The notes below the pieces were generated by a model. The model ran no database searches. It was not told the DNA's origin and worked only from the letters and a program-made list of their open reading frames with translations. Positions 1-9,470 of a stretch of 40,226 nucleotides of DNA are shown here, in pieces. Location of the stretch: positions 1 to 40,226 of the forward strand of contig DATDRM010000037.1 in NCBI GenBank assembly GCA_035291705.1, given 5' to 3'. Each line of letters starts with the position of its first letter. Positions within the stretch are counted from its first letter, which is position 1. The DNA comes from Anaerolineales bacterium (GTDB taxonomy: Bacteria > Chloroflexota > Anaerolineae > Anaerolineales > UBA4823). Made by a program: the position numbers and the translations under genes.

Positions 1-1
1 T

Positions 2-1585
2 GACTGGCCTGGAGTGGATATCGAGATCGAATCGGTGCGTGATTATCCGACCAGTGCGCTGACAGCTGCCATAGTAGGCTTCCTTGGCCCGATCTCCGAC
101 AAAGAAGAACAATATTTCCTCGACCGCCGCTTTGTCCCCAATCGTGACAAAGTGGGCTATTCCGGTGTGGAACGCTTCTTCCAGAGCTTCCTCGGTGGCC
201 GAAACGGGCGTCGCCTGGTGGAGGTGGACGTTGCCGGGCAAGTCCTGCGCGATACCACCCCCCCGGTCGAGCCGGAGCCCGGTTTTAACCTACGCCTGAC
301 CCTCGATACACGCCTGCAAATGGCCGCTGAAGCGATCTTGATTAACGAAATCGAATTTTGGAATACATACCTGGGCTCGATCCGCTCCACCAGCGGAGTG
401 GTGATCGCCATGAACCCAAAAACCGGCGAAGTCCTGGCGATGGTTTCTTACCCCGCATACGAGAACAACCGCATGGCGCGCGTGATCCCTCAATATTACT
501 ACCAGCAACTGTTTCAGGATCCGCGTAATCCGCTGCTCAACCACGCCGTGGGCGATGAACTGCCCGCGGGTTCTGTTTTTAAGCTGGTCACCGCCGTCGG
601 CGCGCTGAATGAAGGCGTAGTCACTCCCGAACAGATCGTAAAAGCCCCACCCAAGATCACCATCGAGGACAAATCGGTGGTAAATGAGCTCAACCCGCGG
701 CCGCGGGAGTTTGTCGATTGGAACGAGAATGGCTTCGGAGAGATCGACTTCGTCCACGGGCTGGCCAATTCCAGCAATGTCTATTTCTACAAGCTGGGCG
801 GCGGATTTGAGGATGAGGTGCCAGAAGGACTGGGCATCTGTCGCCTGGGTACGTACGCCCGCGCCCTGGGGTATGGCGCTACTCCCGATATCGAACTACC
901 TCTGGTCGAAGATGGGTTGATCCCCGACCCGACCTGGAAACGCATCAACCAGGGGCAAAACTGGTCGCTTGGCGATACGTATATCGCCGGCGTCGGGCAG
1001 GGTTACGTCATCGCCACGCCGATCCAGGTGCTGCTCTCGGCTACCACGATTGCCAACGATGGCGTGCTCATGCGCCCCACCATCCTGCGTGACATCCTGG
1101 ATAGCGAAGGGAATGTGATTAAGGACTTCCTTCCGGACCCGCAGTGGGATGTTACCAAGGACCCTATGATCGATGTCTTCACTGACCCCACCAGTCCTGG
1201 AGGCTGTGAAAACAAAATCACTGGCGAGAAGAAGACCGTCCAGCCATGGGTAATCGAAAAAGTCCAGGAAGGCATGCGCCTGGCAGTGCTGGAGGGTACG
1301 CTCGCCAAGGAATTTAAAAACGTTACCATCGCCGCGGCGGGCAAGACTGGAACGGCCGAATATTGCGATAAATATGCTAACGAAAAGAACCTGTGTATCC
1401 CGGGAAGCTGGCCCACCCATGCCTGGACCGTCGCTTATGCCCCCAATGACGATCCCGAGATAGCCGTGGTGGCTTTCGTCTACAACGGCGGTGAAGGCGC
1501 CAGTGTCGCCGCACCCATCGTCCGCCAGGTGCTCGAGGCATATTTTGAGCTCAAAGCCGCCGACACCGCTGCCGTCAGCCCCTGA
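2..1585 (+). CDS. mrdA: Penicillin-binding protein 2 (class B transpeptidase), 5'-truncated by window edge
   Basis: Transpeptidase motifs SVFK (SxxK), SSN (SxN) and KTGTA (KTG). The frame is open back to nt 2 and the listed GTG at 14 leaves too short an N-terminal domain. Followed by minCDE and rodA. Confidence 0.85.
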   Translation, partial: DWPGVDIEIESVRDYPTSALTAAIVGFLGPISDKEEQYFLDRRFVPNRDKVGYSGVERFFQSFLGGRNGRRLVEVDVAGQVLRDTTPPVEPEPGFNLRLTLDTRLQMAAEAILINEIEFWNTYLGSIRSTSGVVIAMNPKTGEVLAMVSYPAYENNRMARVIPQYYYQQLFQDPRNPLLNHAVGDELPAGSVFKLVTAVGALNEGVVTPEQIVKAPPKITIEDKSVVNELNPRPREFVDWNENGFGEIDFVHGLANSSNVYFYKLGGGFEDEVPEGLGICRLGTYARALGYGATPDIELPLVEDGLIPDPTWKRINQGQNWSLGDTYIAGVGQGYVIATPIQVLLSATTIANDGVLMRPTILRDILDSEGNVIKDFLPDPQWDVTKDPMIDVFTDPTSPGGCENKITGEKKTVQPWVIEKVQEGMRLAVLEGTLAKEFKNVTIAAAGKTGTAEYCDKYANEKNLCIPGSWPTHAWTVAYAPNDDPEIAVVAFVYNGGEGASVAAPIVRQVLEAYFELKAADTAAVSP

Positions 1586-1592
1586 AAGTTCA

Positions 1593-1601
1593 TGCTATAA
1601 T
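1593..1601 (+). promoter_or_regulatory. Possible extended -10 promoter element (TGcTATAAT) ahead of minC
   Basis: TGCTATAAT lies in the 83-nt spacer after the mrdA stop. No good -35 seen. Confidence 0.3.
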
Positions 1602-1668
1602 CACTTTCAAAGAAGCCAAGTGCCGGGTATTCTCATTGCGCGCCGATCCTGGCCGATACTTGAAATAA

Positions 1669-2355
1669 GTGATGGAAGAGCACCCAAAGGTGCAGATAAA
1701 AGGCATCCGCGAGGGGTTATTGATCACCCTGGAAGAGGAAAGCTGGCCTGATGCACGAGCGGCCTTACTGGAGCATGTGATAAACCAGGCTGACTTCCTG
1801 CGCGGCGGGCGCTTGATACTGGATATCGGCAACCACGTGTTACATGCCGCAGAATTAGGCCAGTTGCGCGACATGCTCTCCGAGAACGGTTTATCCTTGT
1901 GGGCGGTATTGAGCGGTTCCCCCGTCACGCAACAGAACGCCCAGACGCTCGGACTGGCCACACGCATCACTAAACCCACACCAGAACGAACTACTCCTTC
2001 CCTGGAGACTGCGCTAAGCGGCGAACAGGCTGTATTGGTGCGCCGCACCTTGCGCTCAGGTTTCAGCCTACAGCACATCGGCCATGTGATCGTCATCGGG
2101 GACGTCAACCCAGGAAGCGAGATCGTTGCCGGAGGCGATGTCGTCGTATGGGGTCGGTTGCGCGGTATGGTCCACGCTGGGGCGCAGGGCGAAGAAACCG
2201 CGGTGGTGTGTGCCTTGGATCTTTCACCCACCCAACTACGGATTGCCGGACAGATCGCCGTGACCCCCAAACGGCGCGGCAGATCCTTACCAGAGTTGGC
2301 GCGCCTGATCGACGGACAGGTTGTGGCAGAACCCTGGAATCCAAAAGGGAAATAG
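1669..2355 (+). CDS. minC: Septum site-determining protein MinC
   Basis: C-terminal beta-helix signature GHVIVIGDVNPGSEIVAGGDVVVWGRLRGMVHAG. Immediately upstream of minD and minE. Start is GTG 1669 or ATG 1672. Confidence 0.85.
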   Translation: MMEEHPKVQIKGIREGLLITLEEESWPDARAALLEHVINQADFLRGGRLILDIGNHVLHAAELGQLRDMLSENGLSLWAVLSGSPVTQQNAQTLGLATRITKPTPERTTPSLETALSGEQAVLVRRTLRSGFSLQHIGHVIVIGDVNPGSEIVAGGDVVVWGRLRGMVHAGAQGEETAVVCALDLSPTQLRIAGQIAVTPKRRGRSLPELARLIDGQVVAEPWNPKGK

Positions 2356-2368
2356 TTAGGGAAGATAG

Positions 2369-3172
2369 ATGGCAGCAAAAGTAGTGACAGTTACCTCTGG
2401 GAAGGGTGGAGTCGGTAAAACCACCGCCACCGCTAACTTGGCCTCCGCCCTGGCGGCTGAAAACTTTAAGGTGGTGTGTATCGACGCCGATATCGGCTTA
2501 CGCAACCTGGATGTCGTGTTGGGTCTGGAGAACCGCATCGTCTATGATCTGGTGGACGTGGTTGAAGGCCGCTGTCGCCTTAGACAGGCAATGATCCGCG
2601 ACAAACGCTTACCCGAACTCTACCTGATCCCGGCCGCGCAAACCCGAGATAAAAGCGCCGTCTCTCCCAGCGATATGGTGCGTTTGTGCGACGAGCTGCG
2701 ACCAGATTGTGACTGGGTGCTGATCGACTCGCCAGCCGGCATCGAGCGCGGCTTCCGCAATGCGATCGCCCCAGCCGACATTGTGATCGTCATCACAAAC
2801 CCGGAGGTCTCGGCCGTGCGGGATGCCGACCGGATCATCGGCCTGATCGAAGCCGAAGAAAAAGGGCCAGCGCGCCTGATCATCAACCGGTTAAAGCCAG
2901 CCATGGTAAAGCGGGAGGAGATGCTATCTCCCGACGACGTGTTAGAACTGCTGGCTGTCGAACTGATCGGCATCGTCCCGGAAGACGAGAACGTTACTTT
3001 GAGCATCAACCGCGGACTGCCGATCGTGCTGGATGGCAAGAGCCGGGCTGGTCTGGCCTTCCGCAACATTGCCGCCAGGCTGCGCGGCGAACAGGTACCC
3101 TTCCTTGACCTCAACGACCAGGGTGGCTTGTTGGGCCGGCTGGCTCGCCTGATCCGCCCAGGAGGAGCATAA
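2369..3172 (+). CDS. minD: Septum site-determining ATPase MinD
   Basis: Deviant Walker A SGKGGVGKTT, 267 aa, C-terminal amphipathic tail, minC/minE neighbours. Confidence 0.95.
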   Translation: MAAKVVTVTSGKGGVGKTTATANLASALAAENFKVVCIDADIGLRNLDVVLGLENRIVYDLVDVVEGRCRLRQAMIRDKRLPELYLIPAAQTRDKSAVSPSDMVRLCDELRPDCDWVLIDSPAGIERGFRNAIAPADIVIVITNPEVSAVRDADRIIGLIEAEEKGPARLIINRLKPAMVKREEMLSPDDVLELLAVELIGIVPEDENVTLSINRGLPIVLDGKSRAGLAFRNIAARLRGEQVPFLDLNDQGGLLGRLARLIRPGGA

Positions 3173-3173
3173 G

Positions 3174-3443
3174 ATGAGCGCCATTCTGGACAGGCTCCTC
3201 GGGCGGAAGAAGAAGAGCGCCCGCCAAGCCAAAGAACGCCTGAAACTGGTGCTGATCCACGATCGCACCGATTTGAATCCTGGCACGTTGGAATTACTGA
3301 AAGACGAGTTGATCTCCGTTATTTCCAGGCATGTAGACATCGATCCGGCCGCGGTGCGCATCGAGATGACACAGGATGGCCGCCAACAACGACTGATCGC
3401 TGATATCCCGCTTAACCCGGCTGGGAGACGACGGGTAAGATAG
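3174..3443 (+). CDS. minE: Cell division topological specificity factor MinE
   Basis: 89 aa with an N-terminus typical of MinE (LLGRKKKSARQAKERLKLVLIHDR). Starts 2 nt after the minD stop. Confidence 0.9.
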   Translation: MSAILDRLLGRKKKSARQAKERLKLVLIHDRTDLNPGTLELLKDELISVISRHVDIDPAAVRIEMTQDGRQQRLIADIPLNPAGRRRVR

Positions 3444-3446
3444 ACA

Positions 3447-4556
3447 ATGGATAGTACAAAAACCTCCTGGCGAACTTTCGACTTCTGGCTGCTGGGAGCT
3501 GTGGCGATCTTAACCATCTTTGGCATCGCCATGATTCGCTCAGCGGTGGCTGGCAATATTGAGCTGGCTGAGCTGGATCTGGTGCGGCGCCAGATCATTT
3601 TTGTGATCGTCGGTTTTGCCATCGTGCTGATTGCAGCCTGGATCGATTACCACATTTGGGCAGCCATCAGCCGGCCGATCTATTTCCTCATGATTGGCAT
3701 CTTAGTGGTGCTCTTCGTCGTCGGTACAGCCTTGTTCGGTTCGGCGCGCTGGTTCGAAACCCGGTATTTCTTTATCCAACCCTCCGAACCAGCCAAGATC
3801 ATCATGATCTTGGTGTTGGCCGATTATTTCACTCGCCACCAGGCTCAAATGCACGCGTTAAAGTGGGTTATCCGGAGTTTCCTGCTCACCTTAGGGATGA
3901 TGATCTGGATCTTGCTGCAACCCAACCTGAGCACCTCCATCGTGATCCTGGTGATTTGGTTTGCCTTGCTGTGGGCTAGTGGCTTGCGCTTCAAGCATTT
4001 GCTCCTTTTTGCGGGGGTTGGCGTAGTCGTGCCGGTGGCCAGTTTCCCTTTCCTGGTAGATTACCAGAAACAGCGCATCCTGAACTTCCTTTTCCCTGAC
4101 CCTAACGCCCGCCATGGCGATATCTACAACATCCAACAAGCCCTGATCAGCATCGGGTCGGGAGGTTGGTTTGGCAAAGGGTATGACCTGGGTACTCAAG
4201 TCCATCTACGGTTCCTGAAAGTTCGTCACACCGACTTCATCTTCTCCGCACTGGCCGAGGAATTTGGCTTCCTGGGCACAGTGTTGATGATGCTCCTGAT
4301 ATTATTTGTAATCTTCCGCTGCCTGCGGGCCGCCCGCCTGGCGCGGGACACATTCGGTGCCCTGATCTGCTACGGCGTGGCGACTATGCTCGCCTTTCAG
4401 GCGATGGTCAATATAGGGGTTAATCTCAACCTGTTGCCAGCCACTGGCTTGACCTTGCCCTTCGTCAGCTACGGCGGCAGTTCGCTGCTGTCGATGATGA
4501 TCGGCATTGGGTTGGTGGAAAGCGTCATCCTGCGCTGCAAATCCTTGGAATTATAG
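3447..4556 (+). CDS. rodA: SEDS-family peptidoglycan glycosyltransferase RodA (FtsW/RodA family)
   Basis: 369-aa polytopic membrane protein ending in the SEDS-type motif PATGLTLPFVSYGGSS. Same gene string as mrdA. Confidence 0.88.
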   Translation: MDSTKTSWRTFDFWLLGAVAILTIFGIAMIRSAVAGNIELAELDLVRRQIIFVIVGFAIVLIAAWIDYHIWAAISRPIYFLMIGILVVLFVVGTALFGSARWFETRYFFIQPSEPAKIIMILVLADYFTRHQAQMHALKWVIRSFLLTLGMMIWILLQPNLSTSIVILVIWFALLWASGLRFKHLLLFAGVGVVVPVASFPFLVDYQKQRILNFLFPDPNARHGDIYNIQQALISIGSGGWFGKGYDLGTQVHLRFLKVRHTDFIFSALAEEFGFLGTVLMMLLILFVIFRCLRAARLARDTFGALICYGVATMLAFQAMVNIGVNLNLLPATGLTLPFVSYGGSSLLSMMIGIGLVESVILRCKSLEL

Positions 4557-4641
4557 ACGTGGTACGCGAAACGTGATCCGTGATGCGTACTGCGTAATAC
4601 GTTATCCAGAATGTGCAATAATGTCTGTCTCGAGGAACTCC

Positions 4642-6144
4642 ATGCCAGAAGCCGCCGCAGCCAAACCCGCCCGCACCCGGTTCGCACCCTCGCCTACCGG
4701 CCGCACTCATTTGGGCAGCGGGCGCACCGCCCTCTATGATTTCCTCCTGGCGCGCCAGACCGGCGGCCAATTCATCCTGCGCATCGAGGACACCGACCGC
4801 AAACGCTATAAACCCGAATCGGAGAAAGAACTGATCGACAGCCTGCACTGGCTTGGACTGGAGTGGGATGAAGGCCCCGACATCGGAGGACCGCACGCCC
4901 CCTACCACCAATCGAAACGGAAGGAGATTTATCAGGACCATGCTCGCCAACTGGTCCAGGCGGGCCATGCTTACTACTGTTTTTGCTCTCGGGAGCGATT
5001 GGAGCGCGTACGCCAGGAACAGCACCGTCGAAAAGAGCCCCCCCAATACGACGGCACCTGCCGCCGGTTAGATTCTGACGAAGCTGCCGAGCGTGTGGCA
5101 GCTGGCGAACGGCATGTCATCCGATTCAAAATCCCGCCAGAAGGCGCGATCAAGATGATCGACCGCCTGCGCGGGACGATCTCCGTCGAAAACCAGAATA
5201 TAGATGACTATATCATCGTCAATTCAGACGGGTGGGCGCTCTACCACCTGGCGGCGATGGTCGACGACCACTTGATGGGCATCACGCATGTGATCCGCGG
5301 CTCGGAATGGCTGCCAACCTTCCCGCTCCACGCCCACATCGTGCGCGCCTTCGGCTGGCAAGAACCGGAGTGGGTGCACCTTTCAATTTTCTTGAAGCCC
5401 AGCGGCAAAGGTAAGATGAGCAAACGGGATACGGCCGACTTGATGAAAGATGGCTATTCGATCTATATCACCGACCTGCGAGCGATGGGCTACCTGCCGG
5501 AAGCCGTCGTCAACTGGACGGCGTTGATGGGCTGGAGTTATGACGACCGGACCGAATTCTTCACCCTGCCCGACCTGGTCGATAAATTTAATCTGGACCG
5601 GCTGAACCCTGCCCCGGCAGCGATCAATTTCACCAAACTGGATCACTTCAACGGGTTGCATCTCCGCAAACTACCCATCGCCGACCTAGCCACCCGCATG
5701 AAACCTTTCTTTCAGAAAGCTGGCTATAACGTTGACGATAAAAGACTATTGAATATCACTCCCCTCGTCCAACCGCGCATTGGCACGCTGGACGATGCCC
5801 CAGTCATGGGAGGTTTCTTCTTCGAAGAAGAAGTCAGCCCTGACCCGGAGGAGCTGGTCGGCAAGCTGATGACGCCAGCCGAGTCAGCAGAAGCCCTCCG
5901 CCGGGCCTACCAGATCCTTGAAAGCCTGCCCGAGATCAATCGCGAGACCGCCGAGGAGCCGGTACGCCGGCTGGCGGAAGAGCTGGGCTACAGCGCCGGA
6001 CAGGTGTTCGCAATTTTACGCTCAGCCGTCACCGGAAAAACGGTCAGCCCACCGCTGTTCGAGTCCATGGCGGTGATTAGGAGAGAGAAGGTGCTGGAGA
6101 GGGTGAGGGAAGCGATTGGGGTGCTTGAGAAATTGGGTAGCTAA
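4642..6144 (+). CDS. gltX: Glutamyl-tRNA synthetase
   Basis: RTRFAPSPTGRTHLGSGRTALY (HIGH-type) and KMSKR (KMSKS) motifs. ATG 4642 is preferred because GAGGAA lies 4 nt upstream. The tracked start 4507 overlaps rodA and 4621 is an alternative. Confidence 0.9.
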   Translation: MPEAAAAKPARTRFAPSPTGRTHLGSGRTALYDFLLARQTGGQFILRIEDTDRKRYKPESEKELIDSLHWLGLEWDEGPDIGGPHAPYHQSKRKEIYQDHARQLVQAGHAYYCFCSRERLERVRQEQHRRKEPPQYDGTCRRLDSDEAAERVAAGERHVIRFKIPPEGAIKMIDRLRGTISVENQNIDDYIIVNSDGWALYHLAAMVDDHLMGITHVIRGSEWLPTFPLHAHIVRAFGWQEPEWVHLSIFLKPSGKGKMSKRDTADLMKDGYSIYITDLRAMGYLPEAVVNWTALMGWSYDDRTEFFTLPDLVDKFNLDRLNPAPAAINFTKLDHFNGLHLRKLPIADLATRMKPFFQKAGYNVDDKRLLNITPLVQPRIGTLDDAPVMGGFFFEEEVSPDPEELVGKLMTPAESAEALRRAYQILESLPEINRETAEEPVRRLAEELGYSAGQVFAILRSAVTGKTVSPPLFESMAVIRREKVLERVREAIGVLEKLGS

Positions 6145-6188
6145 TCGGCTTCTCTCGCAACTGCCAACTTCATACTTTATACTTTCTT

Positions 6189-7895
6189 TTACTTCCCCCT
6201 AACCACCCCTTCAACCTTCGCCCAGCTGTCTTTAAGCGAGACCGTGCGGTTGAACACCAGCATCTCAGCGGTGCTATCCTTCGCATCGACACAGAAATAG
6301 CCCTGTCTTTCGAACTGGTAGATACTTCCCGGGGCGGCGCCTGCCAGCCCTGGCTCAACAAAGCACCCTTTAAGGACTTCTAACGAATTTGGATTCAAAT
6401 TAGATTTGAAGTCAGCGCCGGCCTCCACCTCATCCGGATTTTCTTTGATAAACAAACGATCATAGAGGCGGGTTTCAACTTCTAAGGCGTGGGCAGCTGA
6501 GAGCCAATGCAGCGTCGCCTTGACTTTGCGTCCGTCCGGCGCGTCGCCGCCCTTCGTCGCTGGATCGTAGGTGCAGTGCAGCTCGATCACCTCACCCGTT
6601 TTTTCATCCTTGACAACCCCGACACAGGTAATGAAATAGGCATAGCGCAGCCGCACCTCCCGTCCGGGGGCCAGGCGGAAGAATTGCTTCGGGGGATCCT
6701 CTCGGAAATCATCTCGCTCGATATAGAGCACCCGCGAAAAAGGAACCTTGCGCGTACCCATGCTCGCGTCCTCGGGATTGTTCACAGCCTGCATCTCTTC
6801 TACCAGGTCTTCAGGGTAATTCAAGAGCACTACCCGCAGCGGGCGCAGCACGCCCATCACACGTGGGGCGCGGCGATTCAAATCCTGGCGCACAAAGTGC
6901 TCAAGCAGGGCGATCTCGATAATGCTGTTGGCCTTGGCAACGCCGATCTGATTACAAAAGTCGCGGATCGCCTCTGGAGGATAGCCCCGCCTGCGAATGC
7001 CTGAAAGGGTTGGCATGCGTGGATCGTCCCAGCCGCTGACAATGCCGTCTTGCACCAACTGCAGCAATTTTCGCTTGCTGAGCACTGTGAAGCTGAGATT
7101 TAAGCGGGCAAACTCAATTTGCTGGGGGTGATACACCTCCAACTGATCCAGCACCCAATCGTATAACGGGCGATTATTTTCAAATTCCAGCGTGCAGATC
7201 GAATGCGTGATCCCTTCGATGGAGTCGGAAAGGCAATGGGTGAAGTCATACATCGGGTAGATACACCACTTATCGCCGGTGCGATGGTGGGAGGCTTTCA
7301 GGATACGATACAGGACGGGGTCGCGCAGGGTGATATTCGGCGAGGCCATGTCGATCTTGGCGCGCAGTGTGCGGGAGCCGTTTGGGAATTCACCGGCCCG
7401 CATCCGGGCAAATAAGTCCAGATTCTCCGCGACGGTGCGCTCTCGGTACGGGCTCTCCTTACCGGGCCGGGTCAGGGTGCCGCGGTATTCGCGGATTTCG
7501 TCAGCGCTCAGATCGCAAACATACGCCTTGCCTTTTTTAATCAATTGGACTGCGTATTCATATAGCTGCTCGAAATAATCCGAGGCGTAGAATAATCGGT
7601 CGCCCCAATCGAATCCAAGCCAGCGCACATCTGCCTGGATTGATTCCACATATTCAACCTCTTCCTTGCTAGGATTGGTATCGTCGAAGCGCAAATTACA
7701 CAGGCCATTGTAATCGGCGGCAATCCCAAAATTGAGGCAGATCGATTTGGCGTGTCCAATATGCAAGTAACCATTCGGCTCGGGTGGAAAGCGAGTGTGC
7801 ACCCGTCCGCTATATTTGTTCGTGCTTAGATCTTCATTAACAATAGTGCGGATAAAGTCAGTCAAAGGGGATAGATCAGTCTGGGACATCTTCAT
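6189..7895 (-). CDS. glnS: Glutaminyl-tRNA synthetase
   Basis: [18 protein letters not shown] class I signature, VLSKRKL (KMSKS variant), GlnRS-typical length of 568 aa and C-terminal beta-barrel region. Confidence 0.9.
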   Translation of the reverse strand: MKMSQTDLSPLTDFIRTIVNEDLSTNKYSGRVHTRFPPEPNGYLHIGHAKSICLNFGIAADYNGLCNLRFDDTNPSKEEVEYVESIQADVRWLGFDWGDRLFYASDYFEQLYEYAVQLIKKGKAYVCDLSADEIREYRGTLTRPGKESPYRERTVAENLDLFARMRAGEFPNGSRTLRAKIDMASPNITLRDPVLYRILKASHHRTGDKWCIYPMYDFTHCLSDSIEGITHSICTLEFENNRPLYDWVLDQLEVYHPQQIEFARLNLSFTVLSKRKLLQLVQDGIVSGWDDPRMPTLSGIRRRGYPPEAIRDFCNQIGVAKANSIIEIALLEHFVRQDLNRRAPRVMGVLRPLRVVLLNYPEDLVEEMQAVNNPEDASMGTRKVPFSRVLYIERDDFREDPPKQFFRLAPGREVRLRYAYFITCVGVVKDEKTGEVIELHCTYDPATKGGDAPDGRKVKATLHWLSAAHALEVETRLYDRLFIKENPDEVEAGADFKSNLNPNSLEVLKGCFVEPGLAGAAPGSIYQFERQGYFCVDAKDSTAEMLVFNRTVSLKDSWAKVEGVVRGK

Positions 7896-7992
7896 TCCTT
7901 AACCGGTACCTCGATTATAGCCGAGAACCTTTCGGGAAGATTTATCATTCCCGCTATTATATCCAGGTCGAAAGAAATGCGGGGTTTTTATC

Positions 7993-8021
7993 TTTTCATT
8001 TGTCCCCAGGAATGGTAAAAT
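7993..8021 (+). promoter_or_regulatory. Candidate promoter for tRNA-Gln (TTTTCA - 17 nt - TGgTAAAAT)
   Basis: Extended -10 TGGTAAAAT at 8013-8021 with a weak -35 at 7993-7998, about 17 nt before the mature tRNA 5' end. Confidence 0.3.
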
Positions 8022-8037
8022 ACCTCATCTCGAAAGT

Positions 8038-8108
8038 TGGGGGTTCGTCTAGTGGTAGGACAGCAGACTCTGGATCTGTATGCCGAGGTTCGAATCCTCG
8101 ACCCCCAG
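8038..8108 (+). tRNA. tRNA-Gln (anticodon CUG)
   Basis: Hand-folded cloverleaf. Acceptor TGGGGGT/ACCCCCA, D stem GTCT/GGAC, anticodon stem GCAGA/TCTGT, loop CTCTGGA with CTG at 8070-8072, T arm CGAGG-TTCGAAT-CCTCG, discriminator G. CCA is not encoded. Confidence 0.9.
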
Positions 8109-8122
8109 CAAGGACATTTATC

Positions 8123-8157
8123 AACAAGGATTGGTGGCAAAGCCACCAATCCTTGTT
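8123..8157. terminator. Perfect 16-bp hairpin, bidirectional terminator between tRNA-Gln (+) and the ZIP gene (-)
   Basis: AACAAGGATTGGTGGC-AAA-GCCACCAATCCTTGTT lies between convergent genes and is followed by a T-rich TTCTT. Confidence 0.7.
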
Positions 8158-8158
8158 C

Positions 8159-9448
8159 TTAGAATTTAACCAGGAAAGCCGTCAGGTACATGATCGCCAA
8201 GCCGGCCAGGAATCCAGCCACGTTGACCCATGAGAACAGGGGCGTTCCTTCCCGTTCTGCATAGCCGCGTAGCAGCGCCATGACCTCTACAATCACCTGC
8301 CAGATGGCGCCCAGGCCAATCCCCAGGAACAAAGCCGCCAGCAAGGGTGAGAAAGCAAAACCACCCACCCAGGCCCCCAGGATGGCTGGCGCGCCAGCCA
8401 GCAATGTCAACCCCAGGAAGGTAGCCAGCCGCGGGCCTTCGACAACCTCCTGATCGCCGGAAACGTCACTCCGCCGGGTGGAGGGCACCAGGGGAGCAAC
8501 GATCCCCACCCCTTCGGTGACATTGTGGAGCATAAACCCGATCACCAGGAACGAACCGAGCGCCGCCTCGCCGATCGCAAAGGCAGCGCCGATCGCCAAG
8601 CCTTCCCCCAGATTGTGCAGCCCGATGCCGAAAGCGATCAGGCCGGCAAGGTACAGGCCTCTCCGGGCTGGAGCTAAATTCGAGGTGGGCCTGCGGCGCG
8701 CCCCAATCGCCAGCAGAGCCAGCCAGGTGATCAAGCCTGAAAACAACACCAAGGGGACGCCCTGGAACACCCCCGGCAGTTCACCCGCCATCTCGAATGA
8801 TTCTAATAGGGTGTCGATCAGTAAAAACACCAGCAGGCCGATAGTGAGCGCCAGGATTGCCCCCAGCCACTTGCGTCCCATCTTTTTCATCGCTGGGAAC
8901 CACAGCATCCCCAAGCCCACCGGGAGGATGCCCACATAAATCCCCAGGAGTCCGTAGGCCAGGAACTCATCCAAACCAGGCGTGGGGGAAAGAGTCGCCA
9001 GGGCGACATCACCGCTGAAAGTCACCCCTGTGACAGTGATGACTTTAATCACGTTCGGCTCGTTTTCCACCCAGGGATAGGCGATGTGCAGCCTGGCGCG
9101 CCCCAGACGCGGGATGGTCTGTGAGGGGGTCATTTCGAAATGCCAGTAGGCGTCGTCCACGGTCACCTGCGCGACGGTGACTGGATCTGGCCCGCCATTG
9201 ACCAGTGTGATTTCAAAGCCGCCCTCCACGACGCGGATACGCTCAAGATTAATGTTTTCGACCGGGGGTAGGTTGGCGGAAAACAACGCCAGCGGATTTC
9301 CAAATGCAAACACCGCGAGCATCAAGCCGAGCGCCAGCAGCGGGATCAGCCCGGCAACCCACCAAGGCAGGCCGGCCAGGCGAGTGGATAATTTCCTCTC
9401 TAATATCGTCATTGTCTCATCTCCAGGTTTCTCGTTTGGTGAAATCAT
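8159..9448 (-). CDS. ZIP-family divalent metal transporter with an extra N-terminal extracytoplasmic domain
   Basis: Two ZIP signatures, GLHNLGEGLAIGAAF and MLHNVTEGVGI, in a polytopic C-terminal half. One N-terminal TM helix plus a ~130-aa soluble domain. Alternative start at 9412. Confidence 0.75.
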   Translation of the reverse strand: MISPNEKPGDETMTILERKLSTRLAGLPWWVAGLIPLLALGLMLAVFAFGNPLALFSANLPPVENINLERIRVVEGGFEITLVNGGPDPVTVAQVTVDDAYWHFEMTPSQTIPRLGRARLHIAYPWVENEPNVIKVITVTGVTFSGDVALATLSPTPGLDEFLAYGLLGIYVGILPVGLGMLWFPAMKKMGRKWLGAILALTIGLLVFLLIDTLLESFEMAGELPGVFQGVPLVLFSGLITWLALLAIGARRRPTSNLAPARRGLYLAGLIAFGIGLHNLGEGLAIGAAFAIGEAALGSFLVIGFMLHNVTEGVGIVAPLVPSTRRSDVSGDQEVVEGPRLATFLGLTLLAGAPAILGAWVGGFAFSPLLAALFLGIGLGAIWQVIVEVMALLRGYAEREGTPLFSWVNVAGFLAGLAIMYLTAFLVKF

Positions 9449-9470
9449 TGGTTGCCTTCACCCGGTGACT

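Noticed and set aside
4557-4620. Repeated ACGTG / TGCGTA motifs and a GTACGC...GCGTAC stem between rodA and gltX as a regulatory element
   Set aside because: The stem is short (6 bp) with a 17-nt loop and the repeats are short. This is not distinguishable from chance without comparative data.
4507-4641. Tracked gltX start at 4507, or ATG 4621
   Set aside because: The 4507 start overlaps the rodA 3' end by 50 nt and adds a non-conserved Trp/Cys/Arg-rich leader. ATG 4642 has a GAGGAA RBS and gives the usual short N-terminus before RTRFAPSPTG.
7896-8037. T-box or other riboswitch leader for glnS
   Set aside because: The region is only about 140 nt and is shared with the tRNA promoter. I could not find specifier or antiterminator-like helices or other conserved riboswitch cores.
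8109-8160. Integration (att) site or mobile-element junction at the tRNA-Gln 3' end
   Set aside because: No integrase, no direct repeat of the tRNA 3' end and no compositional break. The hairpin is explained as a bidirectional terminator.
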